This document shows, one piece after another, positions 18,487 through 27,871 of a DNA stretch of 64,000 nt. The notes beneath the pieces are model-generated. The model saw nothing but the letters and a program-made list of their open reading frames with translations. It searched no databases and was not told the DNA's origin. The first letter of the stretch is position 1, and every line of letters begins with the position of its first letter. A program made the position numbers and the translations under genes. Source of the stretch: Terriglobia bacterium (lineage in GTDB: Bacteria; Acidobacteriota; Terriglobia; 20CM-2-55-15); assembly GCA_963664115.2 (NCBI GenBank), contig CAXWPJ010000009.1, positions 256,001-320,000 on the forward strand. Direction: 5' to 3'.

Positions 18487-20131
18487 GCTAAGCATTGACG
18501 GCCGCGAGGTGAGCGTCGATCAGGGAACCACGGTCATCCAGGCGGCGGAGACGCTGGGGATTTTCGTTCCGCGCTACTGCTACCACCCCGGGCTCTCTAT
18601 CGCGGGCAACTGCCGCATCTGCCTCGTGGAAGTGGAGAAATCCCCCAAGCTCCAGATCGCATGCAACACTCCTGCGACCGAGGGGATGGTTGTTCACACA
18701 AAGAGCGACACCGCCCAGGACGGACGTCGCTCGGTACTGGAGTTCCTCCTGGCCAATCACCCGCTCGACTGCCCGGTTTGCGACCAGTCCGGTGAGTGCG
18801 ACTTACAGAATTTCTACCTGGACTTCGGCCTCTACAATCCGCGCTTCAGGGAGCGTAAAGTCAAGAAAAAGAAAGCTGTGACGCTGGGCCCGTATGTGAT
18901 GCTGGACCAGGAGCGCTGCATCCTCTGTTCCCGGTGCGTGCGCTTCACGGACGAGATCACCGAGACCGGAGAGTTCGGCATCTTCAATCGCGGAGACCGC
19001 TCCGAGCTGGGGCTGTACCCTGGCAAGGAACTCGACAATCGGTATTCGACCAACGTGGTGGACATCTGCCCCGTCGGTGCGCTGACCGAGCGGAAGTTCC
19101 GTTTCAAGACGCGGGTCTGGTACCTCTCCAGCGCCCCGACCGTCTGCAACGGTTGCAGTCAGGGCTGCAACATGGATTTGCATTACGTTCTGGACCGCCC
19201 TCACCTGAACGACGGCGCGCGGCTGCTGCGTGTCAAGCCACGATACAACCCGGATGTAAACCAATGGTGGTTGTGCGATGAAGGGCGCTATGGCCTCGAT
19301 TGGATCGACCAGGCTCGGCTCCGGAAGGTACGCGGGCCGTCGGGGGACGGGGCCGAGGGCGCAGATGCTCAGAATGCCACAAATACAACGGATACGACAT
19401 GGGACACGGCCCTTCGAACAATCTCAGCAGCTCTCTCGGTCCTGCCCAAGGGACGGATCGGGGTAATTGCCTCAGCCCGACTCACGATCGAAGAGCTGTT
19501 TCTGATCCGGGAGATTTTCCAGCGCGGCCTCGGCGCCCAGGTCAGTGCCTCTGTTCCAGAAATGCCAGGCTCTTCCGACGATTTCCTCATTAAGGCGGAT
19601 AAGAACCCCAACACCATGGGGGCGGAGCTGCTGGGACTATCCGGTCCGAACGCGCCGGACGCAGGACAGATCCTGGACGAGGCACTCGCCGGGAACCTTG
19701 ACGCCCTGTGGGTTATGGGGCACGACCTTGTCGCACTCTTCGGTGAAGAGAAGGCCCGACAACTCCGAGACAAGGTGGGTCTCTTCGTCTTCTCCGGAAC
19801 GAACGAAAACCGAACGGTTCCCTTGGCCCATTGGGCCTTGCCGAGCGCGGCCTATGTGGAAAAAGACGGGACCTTCGTCAACTGCCACGGACGCGTCCAG
19901 CGAATCGGCCAGGCGTTTCCTCCGCTTGAGGACTCCCGTGAGGACTGGCGCATTCTCCTGGAATTGGCCCGGCTGCTAATGCTCGAACTCGACTGGCACG
20001 AACCCCAGGACATCTTCGCGGCAGTGGCCTCCACCGAGGCGCCTTTCGCGGGAATGAGCTACGAGACGATAGGAGATCAGGGGGCTGGGGTCCGGCCAAC
20101 CGAGCCCGCTGAAGAGGTATCCGTCACGTGA
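18479..20131 (+). CDS. nuoG: NADH-quinone oxidoreductase subunit G (short, 550 aa)
   Basis: CYHPGLSIAGNCRIC, HPLDCPVCDQSGECDLQ, RCILCSRCVRF, CNGCSQGC...CDEGR (N7-type cluster). Confidence 0.92.
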   Translation: MPKLSIDGREVSVDQGTTVIQAAETLGIFVPRYCYHPGLSIAGNCRICLVEVEKSPKLQIACNTPATEGMVVHTKSDTAQDGRRSVLEFLLANHPLDCPVCDQSGECDLQNFYLDFGLYNPRFRERKVKKKKAVTLGPYVMLDQERCILCSRCVRFTDEITETGEFGIFNRGDRSELGLYPGKELDNRYSTNVVDICPVGALTERKFRFKTRVWYLSSAPTVCNGCSQGCNMDLHYVLDRPHLNDGARLLRVKPRYNPDVNQWWLCDEGRYGLDWIDQARLRKVRGPSGDGAEGADAQNATNTTDTTWDTALRTISAALSVLPKGRIGVIASARLTIEELFLIREIFQRGLGAQVSASVPEMPGSSDDFLIKADKNPNTMGAELLGLSGPNAPDAGQILDEALAGNLDALWVMGHDLVALFGEEKARQLRDKVGLFVFSGTNENRTVPLAHWALPSAAYVEKDGTFVNCHGRVQRIGQAFPPLEDSREDWRILLELARLLMLELDWHEPQDIFAAVASTEAPFAGMSYETIGDQGAGVRPTEPAEEVSVT

Positions 20132-21219
20132 TAGAAGTTCTGATCATCAAAATTACACTGGCGGGAATCGTTTTCTTCACGGTCTTGAACTTCGCAGGGT
20201 TTCATACCTGGGCGGAGCGGAAACAGTCGGCTCTGATCCAGGATAGAATCGGGGCCAACCGTGCGGATATTCTCGGCTTTAGGATGCTGGGACTCTTTCA
20301 CGGCATCGCCGACGCGATCAAGTTGTTCACCAAGGAGGACATCGTCCCGACGGGAGCAGACAGGACACTCCATACGCTGGCCCCATTCTTTTCGGTGTTC
20401 TTCGCCCTCGTCGCGTTCGCAGTGATTCCCTTCGGGGACACATTGATTCTCGGGGACAGGGTCATTGAACTCCAGGTCGCAACGTTTGACGCCGCGCTCC
20501 TCTACGTTTTCGCCATGCTCTCCCTCGGAGTCTACGGCGTGATCCTCGCGGGCTTTGCCTCGCCCAACAACTACGCAATCATGGGAAGCCTCAGGGCCAC
20601 CGCACAGATGATCTCCTATGAAATCGCACTGGGAGTCTCTGTTGTTGGAGTGATCATGGTTTACGGGACCATGGATCTGTCGGAACTCGTGCGGGCTCAG
20701 GGGCAGATGATCGGCGGCTGGATTCCTTTCTGGGGCATCGTCGCCCAGCCCGTGGCCTTTGTCGTATTTGTGACCGCGGCACTGGCCGAAACCAAGCGGA
20801 TGCCCTTTGATATGCCGGAAGGGGAATCAGAGATCATCGGGTACTTTGTGGAGTACAGCGGCATGAAGTTCGGGATGTTCTTCCTCACGGACTTCCTAGA
20901 GACCATCATGGTGGCATGCTTGTCGACCACACTCTTTTTCGGCGGGTGGCAGGTACCCTTCCTGTTGCCGGACGGGTTCCACTTCCCCTGGGGAGCGGAG
21001 ATACTCATGCCCAATTGGCTCTACGCCCTGCTGGGTGTGGTGAGCTTTTCGACCAAGGTCGTGGTTTTCTGTTGGATCTTCATGCAGCTTCGCTGGACCC
21101 TGCCACGATTCCGTTATGATCAGCTCATGAAACTGGGCTGGCGAGGGCTGTTCCCGATCGCGGTGGCCAATATTGTGGTCACGGCCGGCGTGCTGATGTT
21201 TTTCGGAGAGGGGTTCTAA
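20128..21219 (+). CDS. nuoH: NADH-quinone oxidoreductase subunit H
   Basis: ERKQSALIQDRIGANR, ADAIKLFTKED, QMISYE, PFDMPEGESE, WTLPRFRYDQLM. Confidence 0.95.
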   Translation: MIEVLIIKITLAGIVFFTVLNFAGFHTWAERKQSALIQDRIGANRADILGFRMLGLFHGIADAIKLFTKEDIVPTGADRTLHTLAPFFSVFFALVAFAVIPFGDTLILGDRVIELQVATFDAALLYVFAMLSLGVYGVILAGFASPNNYAIMGSLRATAQMISYEIALGVSVVGVIMVYGTMDLSELVRAQGQMIGGWIPFWGIVAQPVAFVVFVTAALAETKRMPFDMPEGESEIIGYFVEYSGMKFGMFFLTDFLETIMVACLSTTLFFGGWQVPFLLPDGFHFPWGAEILMPNWLYALLGVVSFSTKVVVFCWIFMQLRWTLPRFRYDQLMKLGWRGLFPIAVANIVVTAGVLMFFGEGF

Positions 21220-21878
21220 TGGCCGTAAGAGTTGTCTCAAGGCCCGAGTTGACTTTCTGGGAGAAGCTCTACATCCCGCAGATCGTCTCCGGCTTCAGGA
21301 TCACGTCCAGACACTTCTTCCGAAACCTCTTTCTCCATACGGCCCACAAACTGGGCCTGTTCAAACACCTTGCTGCCTCCGCCACCATACAGTATCCCGA
21401 AGAACTCCGGCCGCTGATGTCACGCTACCGAAGCCGCCACCGGCTGACCGTGCGCGACGACAACACACCACGCTGCGTCGGATGTATGCTGTGTGAAACG
21501 GTCTGCCCGGCCCACTGCATTACGATCGTGGCCGGGGAACACCCCGACCCCAATGTCGAGAAATATCCGATCCGCTTCGACATCGATCTGGGGGTGTGCG
21601 TCTATTGTGGTTACTGCGTCGAGGTATGCCCTGAGGATGCGATCCGGATGGACACGGGAATTCTTGATCTGGCGGCTTACTCGAGGGAGGCCATGCAGTT
21701 GGACATCCACGAACTCATGGACCCAAAGCTGCACAAACCCATCCCCCAGTGCGACCTCGATTTCCCGCACAAGTGCGAGGTGAGCGGGGGCGAGATGAAG
21801 GGAAGCTGGGAGGGATTGGTGGAACATCGGCCAGCGGACTCACCACAGGTCCCGGCAGAGTCGGCAAAGCAGGGATAA
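21219..21878 (+). CDS. nuoI: NADH-quinone oxidoreductase subunit I
   Basis: TIQYPEE, CVGCMLCETVCP and CVYCGYCVEVCP (two 4Fe-4S motifs). Confidence 0.95.
   Translation: MAVRVVSRPELTFWEKLYIPQIVSGFRITSRHFFRNLFLHTAHKLGLFKHLAASATIQYPEELRPLMSRYRSRHRLTVRDDNTPRCVGCMLCETVCPAHCITIVAGEHPDPNVEKYPIRFDIDLGVCVYCGYCVEVCPEDAIRMDTGILDLAAYSREAMQLDIHELMDPKLHKPIPQCDLDFPHKCEVSGGEMKGSWEGLVEHRPADSPQVPAESAKQG
21306..21811 (+). repeat. Direct repeat copy 1 (~506 bp of nuoI)
   Basis: Aligns ungapped to 28037-28542 (offset 6731) with about 6 substitutions by eye. Confidence 0.95.
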
Positions 21879-22116
21879 AGGCCACCCCAGTATTCGTTTG
21901 ACACCCCGGACTTTTCGGCCGTTCGATCCCGGACCTCGCTCGGCCAACGCTGGCGGCTTCAGTTTACGCCGCGCGCTCGTATTCCCCCGTTATGGTTCCG
22001 GAAATTCCCAGACATCTACCTCATCTTCATGGCGACGGACTTCTTATTTCGCTTATCCGCCTATCTCTCCTACCTCGCAGAGATTGCTTATTTCGCCTAT
22101 ACTCACAATTTCGCGT

Positions 22117-24594
22117 ATGAAATCACTACATTTTAAATTGCACATCTTTTCTCTCTGCGCTCTGGCAATAGCTCAACCCTTGCTCGAAGTGATTTCCAGG
22201 AATGCCGAACTGTTGGTAGCTCGCCAAGCCGGCGTAGTTGACTTGGCAATTCTTGTCTTTGCGCTTTCGATTCTCGTTCCGTTGCTATTGGTGTTGCCCG
22301 GTCAAATAGCTCGAGTTTACGGAACATTACTCAGTGATAGATTTTTCCTTGGCACAATCGTTTTTCTTGTCAGTTTGCTGGCCCTTTTAAGCTTGAAAGA
22401 AATTACTGATGGTTCAAGTGCATATTTGGTTTTGATGGCCTTGTTGCTCGGGGTTCTCTTCGCGTCTATGTATACCCGATTCGAAGCCCTGCCTATGATT
22501 TGTGATTTCCTTGCTCCGGCAATTCTATTAGTACCGATACTGTTTGTGTTCAATTCAAACATCTCTAGAGTTGTCGCAAATTCTGATGGGACACAGTTTT
22601 CTTTTTCGGGTGCTCGAAACAATATACCTGTTGTCATGGTTGTCTTTGATGAACTGCCATTGTTGTCTCTGCTTGATGAAACTGCCAATATTGACAGCGT
22701 CAGATACCCAAATTTCGCTACCCTGGCGTCTGAAAGCCACTGGTTTCGCAATGCGAGATCCTTGAGCGGATCGACCACAATTGCAATTCCTGCGATTGTA
22801 AGTGGTGAGACCAAGCCGGACGCACTGCCTATCGCCGTAGACTATCCGAGGAATTTATTCACGCTGCTAAATGCAAGTCACCAACTTAATGTAACGGAAC
22901 AGGTCACCTCGCTGTGTCCTCAGTCTGTTTGTGACAGTACCGCTATCGGGACTCCACAGGCTTTGCAACAAAGGCTAGAAGGGTTTTTTACCGATCTGGC
23001 CGTGGTCTATCTTCATGTTCTATTACCTGAGGATTTGACGGCTAGTCTTCCGACCATATCCCAATCATGGGGAAACTTCGTCAACAGGGGCGTCAGCGAA
23101 ACAGGCCCGTCGACTGAGACCGACAATTCTGAATCTCGAGATGAAAAATACGCGAGTTTTCTGAATGGGATAGTGGCGTCTGAGAAACCGAGCCTAAATT
23201 TTCACCACACTCTCTTACCGCATGTTGCCTGGGAATATCTGCCTTCGGGCAAATTCTATTCTATTTATGGGAGTGATGTGCCTGGACTGAATTTTGTCAA
23301 TGAAATATGGGGAGACGATCCCGCTCTTGTTGAACAGGGCTATCAACGACATTTGCTGCAAGTTGGCTTTGTGGACAAATTGTTAGGAGATCTGATAGCG
23401 AAATTAAAGTCTGAGAATCTCTACGATGAGTCTCTGATCGTAATTGTTTCAGACCATGGCGTTAATTTCTGGCCAGGAGAATCCCGTCGCGATCTATTTG
23501 ATCCGAGATTTACCCTGGACACATTGGGCATCACTTTGCTGATCAAACAGCCCCGGCAATCGGTCGGGATTGTGCATGACGGCGAGGTGTCGTCGCTAGA
23601 TATCCTGCCGACTATAGCGAATAGTTTGGGAATTCAGACTGATGATCAATTTCAAGGGCGCGATCTTTTCGGTTCAGATGCTCAGTCTACAACCAGCGCT
23701 GATAATCCCTATTTGAATTACGCGAGTTTGCAGCGCAAATTGAAGCTTTTCGGTTCAGGAGAGCTTTCTACTCTTTACGGTCTGGGCGATTTTTCTCAGT
23801 TGTTGAACTTGAGAAAAAGTGATTTCGATTTGGAAGTATCAAACAGCTTAACTTATACAATCGATCAACAAAGCAATTTGTCTGATGTCAGCTTGAGCGA
23901 TTTGATGATACCCGCGCGCGTAACTGGCGAACTTATGGGTGCTTTGATTGACGAAACCGATATGGATCTCGCCGTAATGTTGAATCGCAAACTAATCGCC
24001 GTAAGCAAACCTTACTTCAGTGGCTCTGAGTTCAGATTTTCAATAATGCTGCCTGAAAATGAGATTGAAAACGGGTTTAACGAATTTGAGTTATTTAGAA
24101 TTCATGCTGAGGCCAATGAAACTTTCCGGCTGGAGCAAGTTCGAAACCTGAGAGGGGATTTCTATCGATATACCACCGAAGGTAACTTGGAGAGTCTTTC
24201 TTCTGTCGACAATGAAAGTAGCGAAATTGCGTTGATACCAGGACGGGTCAGAGGTTTCGTAGACAGCATTAGCTTAAAGCAAGGATTTCTGGAAATAATC
24301 GGTTGGGCTGCAAATATTCAAAACGATGAACCCGCAGAATTTTTGATTATCGATATTAACGGCCAGTTGGTCTATTTGGGCACGCCAGTACTTCAACGCA
24401 GCGATGTCGCTACGGCATTCGATGCGCCTTCAATTGAAGAGTCCGGCTATCTGCTCGATGTTCGGGCGACGAGGTTTGCTGACTTAGAACCATTGAGCGT
24501 GAAGGTAATCGGAGTCAGTGGAAATGAAGCAAGTTTATTAGAGTCAAATTTCGATATTAGCGAAAGAATCGAAGAGCTGGCTAGGAGCCAATGA
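22117..24594 (+). CDS. Membrane-anchored sulfatase-like/alkaline-phosphatase-superfamily hydrolase or transferase (NoeB-like)
   Basis: Several N-terminal TM helices, VVMVVFDELP, YPNFATLA, HHTLLPHVAW, IVIVSDHG, SSLDILPTI; start taken at ATG 22117. Confidence 0.75.
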   Translation: MKSLHFKLHIFSLCALAIAQPLLEVISRNAELLVARQAGVVDLAILVFALSILVPLLLVLPGQIARVYGTLLSDRFFLGTIVFLVSLLALLSLKEITDGSSAYLVLMALLLGVLFASMYTRFEALPMICDFLAPAILLVPILFVFNSNISRVVANSDGTQFSFSGARNNIPVVMVVFDELPLLSLLDETANIDSVRYPNFATLASESHWFRNARSLSGSTTIAIPAIVSGETKPDALPIAVDYPRNLFTLLNASHQLNVTEQVTSLCPQSVCDSTAIGTPQALQQRLEGFFTDLAVVYLHVLLPEDLTASLPTISQSWGNFVNRGVSETGPSTETDNSESRDEKYASFLNGIVASEKPSLNFHHTLLPHVAWEYLPSGKFYSIYGSDVPGLNFVNEIWGDDPALVEQGYQRHLLQVGFVDKLLGDLIAKLKSENLYDESLIVIVSDHGVNFWPGESRRDLFDPRFTLDTLGITLLIKQPRQSVGIVHDGEVSSLDILPTIANSLGIQTDDQFQGRDLFGSDAQSTTSADNPYLNYASLQRKLKLFGSGELSTLYGLGDFSQLLNLRKSDFDLEVSNSLTYTIDQQSNLSDVSLSDLMIPARVTGELMGALIDETDMDLAVMLNRKLIAVSKPYFSGSEFRFSIMLPENEIENGFNEFELFRIHAEANETFRLEQVRNLRGDFYRYTTEGNLESLSSVDNESSEIALIPGRVRGFVDSISLKQGFLEIIGWAANIQNDEPAEFLIIDINGQLVYLGTPVLQRSDVATAFDAPSIEESGYLLDVRATRFADLEPLSVKVIGVSGNEASLLESNFDISERIEELARSQ

Positions 24595-24933
24595 GTTCGG
24601 CTCAACGAAGGTTTTAAAAATAGCTACTTAGAAAGTTTTGCATTCGAATGCTGGACGCAGGAATAGACGCCTCCGTCGAATGTGAATGTGGTCGCCCCTC
24701 CCCGGTGATCACAAGTAGGGACTTCCCGACAGCGCAGTCCCAATCTTCATGACCGCGAACATCGAAGAGTTTTAACTTATGGATTCCCTAAGAATGGACT
24801 ATGCTTTATTCCAGATCGGGCGGATTTGGAAGGAGTGTATCGTGAAGCGCTTTGGGTCGGGCATAGAAGTGGCCCCCAAAATTAGGACAGCGTTATAAGG
24901 TGGACTCTGCATAGATGAGAGGACCTAACGACG

Positions 24934-25215
24934 ATGGCGAAACGACGGAATTTTTCAGCAGATTTCAAAGCGAAGGTAGCGCTGGCCGCGATGCGTGGCG
25001 ACGGCACGATGGCCGAATTGGCGGCGCGGTACAAGATCCATCCGAACATGATCACGAAGTGGAAGCGTGATGCGCTTGATAGCGTTAAAGAAGCATTCCA
25101 GCGAGGCCGGGATCCATCGGCCCGGAACCACGAGGACGAGATCAAAGACCTGCAGGCCAAGATCGGTGAACTGGTCGTGGAACGGGATTTTTTAGCACGA
25201 GCCTTCAATCGATGA
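24934..25215 (+). CDS. IS3 transposase OrfA (HTH)
   Basis: RRNFSADFKAKVALAA...ELAARYKIHPNMITKWK...LQAKIGELVVERDFL. Confidence 0.92.
   Translation: MAKRRNFSADFKAKVALAAMRGDGTMAELAARYKIHPNMITKWKRDALDSVKEAFQRGRDPSARNHEDEIKDLQAKIGELVVERDFLARAFNR
25188..25194 (+). other. -1 programmed frameshift slippery site T TTT TTA
   Basis: In the OrfA frame GAT TTT TTA; a -1 shift enters the OrfB frame. Confidence 0.7.
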
Positions 25216-26060
25216 GCTTGGGTCGAAGGCGCGAGGTGGTCGAACCGGGCCATGAGCAGCTCAGTGTGGTCCGGCAATGCGACTTGATCGGGTTGAGCCG
25301 TTCGAGTTGGTACTATCGGCCACGGGGTGAGAGTGATCGCAATCTGGACCTGATGCGCGTGATCGACGAGGCGTATCTGAAGATGCCCTGGTATGGGTCC
25401 AGGCAGATGACGCGTCATCTGAAACGTCTCGGCTACGATGTGGGCCGGAAGCGGGTACGCCGACTAATGCGGTTGATGGGGCTGCGCTCGGTGGCACCGC
25501 AGACGTCCCGGAGAAACCCGGCTCATCCGGTGTACCCATATCTACTCAACGACATTGCCGTGGAGCGGGCGAATCAAGCGTGGTCTACCGACGTGACGTA
25601 TATCCCGATGGCGCACGGATTCTTATATCTGGTCGCGATCATGGACTGGCATACGCGGAAGGTGTTGTCCTGGCGGCTGTCCAACACCCAGGACACGACG
25701 TTTTGCCTTGAAGCCCTCGACGAGGCGATCGAGGAATACGGCAGTCCGGAAATCTTCAACACCGATCAGGGCAGCCAGTTCACCAGCAAGGCCTGGACGG
25801 ACCGACTTAAAGAACGAGGTATCCGGATCTCCATGGACGGCAAGGGGCAATGGATCGACAACGTTTTCATCGAACGCCTATGGCGCTCGATCAAATACGA
25901 ATGCGTTTATCTAAACGCCTTCAGTGACTTCAAAGATGCCCGGCACCACATAGGTGTCTGGATGAACTATTACAATAACGACCGCCCGCATTCCAAACTC
26001 GACGATCTCACGCCGAGCGAAGCCTACGCGGGAACACGGCCACTGACCTCGGCAGCATAA
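25212..26060 (+). CDS. IS3 transposase OrfB (DDE integrase core)
   Basis: WSTDVTY, FNTDQGSQFT, DNVFIERLWRSIKYE, YNNDRPH. Confidence 0.95.
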   Translation: MSLGRRREVVEPGHEQLSVVRQCDLIGLSRSSWYYRPRGESDRNLDLMRVIDEAYLKMPWYGSRQMTRHLKRLGYDVGRKRVRRLMRLMGLRSVAPQTSRRNPAHPVYPYLLNDIAVERANQAWSTDVTYIPMAHGFLYLVAIMDWHTRKVLSWRLSNTQDTTFCLEALDEAIEEYGSPEIFNTDQGSQFTSKAWTDRLKERGIRISMDGKGQWIDNVFIERLWRSIKYECVYLNAFSDFKDARHHIGVWMNYYNNDRPHSKLDDLTPSEAYAGTRPLTSAA

Positions 26061-26326
26061 ACATGAACCGCGGAATCCACCTTAAATTGGCTGCCAAGCT
26101 GTCCAACGTATGGGGTCCACCTCTCATCGCAACCCTGACAGGCATCGCCTTTCAATTGTAAGTTGGGAGCAGCCCGCACACGCCTATCTTGATCCGGGAG
26201 CCGGCAGTCTCCTTCTCCAGGTGCTGATGGGAGGCTTGGCCGGGGCGGCCGTTGTGGTCAAGGTGTATTGGAACAGCCTGATGGCGAGATTTGGACGCGG
26301 TGGAGACACCCGGAGAGCCGATCCGG

Positions 26327-27750
26327 GTGAGTCAGACACCTAGATTGGAACCCACACGAATAGAAGGCTCCTTCCGAGATCCCGCTGGACAGATCTTCCA
26401 AAAAGACGGCCACATTTACCGGACCATTAACGCCGTTGCCGTGGATGACTTTGTCTTCGTTCAGAACACCAATTTCTACCCGAAAGCCGTCAGCGAAAAG
26501 CGTCTCATCTCTGCTGAACAAGTTCCGCCCGAAATCCTGAACAGCCGCCAGCCAGAGGCCTCCCATGTGATCGAGCACCCACGCCTGCCTTTCGTGTCCT
26601 ATCCCTATGAGTGGACGTTCCAAATGCTCAAAACTGCCGCACTGTTCCACCTCGATTTCCATCTTGATGCCCTGAGAGACGGCATAACGCTTATCGATGC
26701 CTCTGCATACAACGTGCAATTCATAGGTGCCTCGCCAATCTTTATCGACACGCTGTCCTTACGGAAATATAAACCGGGCTCCCTCTGGGCTGGTTACAAA
26801 CAGTTCTGCGACCAGTTTCTCAATCCCCTCCTCCTGAGGTCCTACGTTGGACTGCACCACAACGCCTGGTATCGGGGAAACCAGGAAGGCATCAACGCCG
26901 GGGAGATCCGGAAATTATTGCCCGCCCGGCGTAAGCTGTCTCGAAGGGTGCTCACACACGTCACGCTCCAGGATTCGCTTCAGAAAACCACGCGTAAAGG
27001 TTCCGGCCCGAATCTGGGAGCCTTGCAGGAGGTGGAACTCCCACTGGCAACATTCAGAAAGACGCTCACTGACCTGAAGGATTGGATTAAGGGACTCGAA
27101 CCGAAAGAGGCGGGACGCACCGTATGGAGCGACTACGCAAACTTCAACAGTTATGCGCCACAAGAAGAAGCCCTCAAGCACGAATTCGTAAACGACTTCG
27201 TCCGACGCAGGAAACTCGTACAGGTCTGGGACCTTGGCTGCAATAGTGGCGAATATGCAGCAGTCGCTCTCAATGCCGGGGCAGACTATGTCGTCGGGTT
27301 CGATGCGGATCACGGCGCGTTGGATTTGGCATTCCGCCGTTCCCAAGAGGAACGGTTACGCTTTCTTCCTCTCTTTCTCGACATCGCGAATCCTCCGCCC
27401 TCTCAGGGGTGGGCGCAACAGGAACGGTACGGACTCAGGGAACGCACCAGCGCGGACGGCGTGATCGCCCTGGCGCTGATCCATCACATATCGATCGGAG
27501 GCACAACGTACCTCTTGGCGATGCGCTTGCCTGGTTGGTCGGCCTGGGACCCAGAGGCGTAATCGAATTCGTGCCCAAAGAGGATCCCATGGTCCAGGAG
27601 TTACTTCGGTTCCGGGAGGATATCTTTCCGAATTACACACTCGAAAACTTTCTTAGAAAGCTTCAAACACTTGCATCCGTCGAACGGACGGAACCGAGTT
27701 CATCGACCGGTCGTTTGCTGGTGGAGTATTCGCGCAAGCCACAAGCGTAA
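26327..27750 (+). pseudogene. NoeA-like class I SAM-dependent methyltransferase, frameshifted near 27497-27502
   Basis: GSFRDP, SYPYEW, DASAYNVQF, QFCDQFLNPL, WDLGCNSGEY, LALIHHISIG, then in the other frame HNVPLG...IEFVPKEDPMVQ. Confidence 0.8.
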
Positions 27751-27871
27751 ACGGCAAACGAGATGGAACCGCGCTGTAAATCGTCCATCGCTACGCCGAC
27801 GGCTTCTCAAAAGACCTGGAGCCTGCAAAACATAACCCACAAATCATCGTTTATCACTGGCAGCCTGCACG

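Larger units (their letters stand above)
24865..26124 (+). mobile_element. IS3-family insertion sequence, apparently complete
   Basis: Imperfect terminal IRs AGAAGTGGCCCCCAAAATTAGGACAGC and (revcomp) AGAGGTGGACCCCATACGTTGGACAGC; CAT duplicated at 24862-24864 and 26125-26127; orfA/orfB architecture. Confidence 0.9.
24842..26343 (+). pseudogene. Small 'AYLDPG' signal-peptide/TM protein gene disrupted by IS3 and a 1-nt frameshift
   Basis: GGAAGGAG RBS then GTG 24842. Removing the IS and one CAT gives MKRFGSGIATLTGIA, then (shift ~26148) LSIVSWEQPAHAYLDPGAGSLLLQVLMGGLAGAAVVVKVYW... Confidence 0.75.

Noticed and set aside
21898-22116. N-terminal 73 aa of the 898-aa ORF in the track
   Set aside because: TTG start and low-complexity, non-protein-like sequence; ATG 22117 before the first TM helix is more plausible.
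26110-26343. 77-aa ORF starting at ATG 26110 as the native small protein
   Set aside because: That ATG lies inside the IS right IR; the native start is upstream of the IS at 24842.
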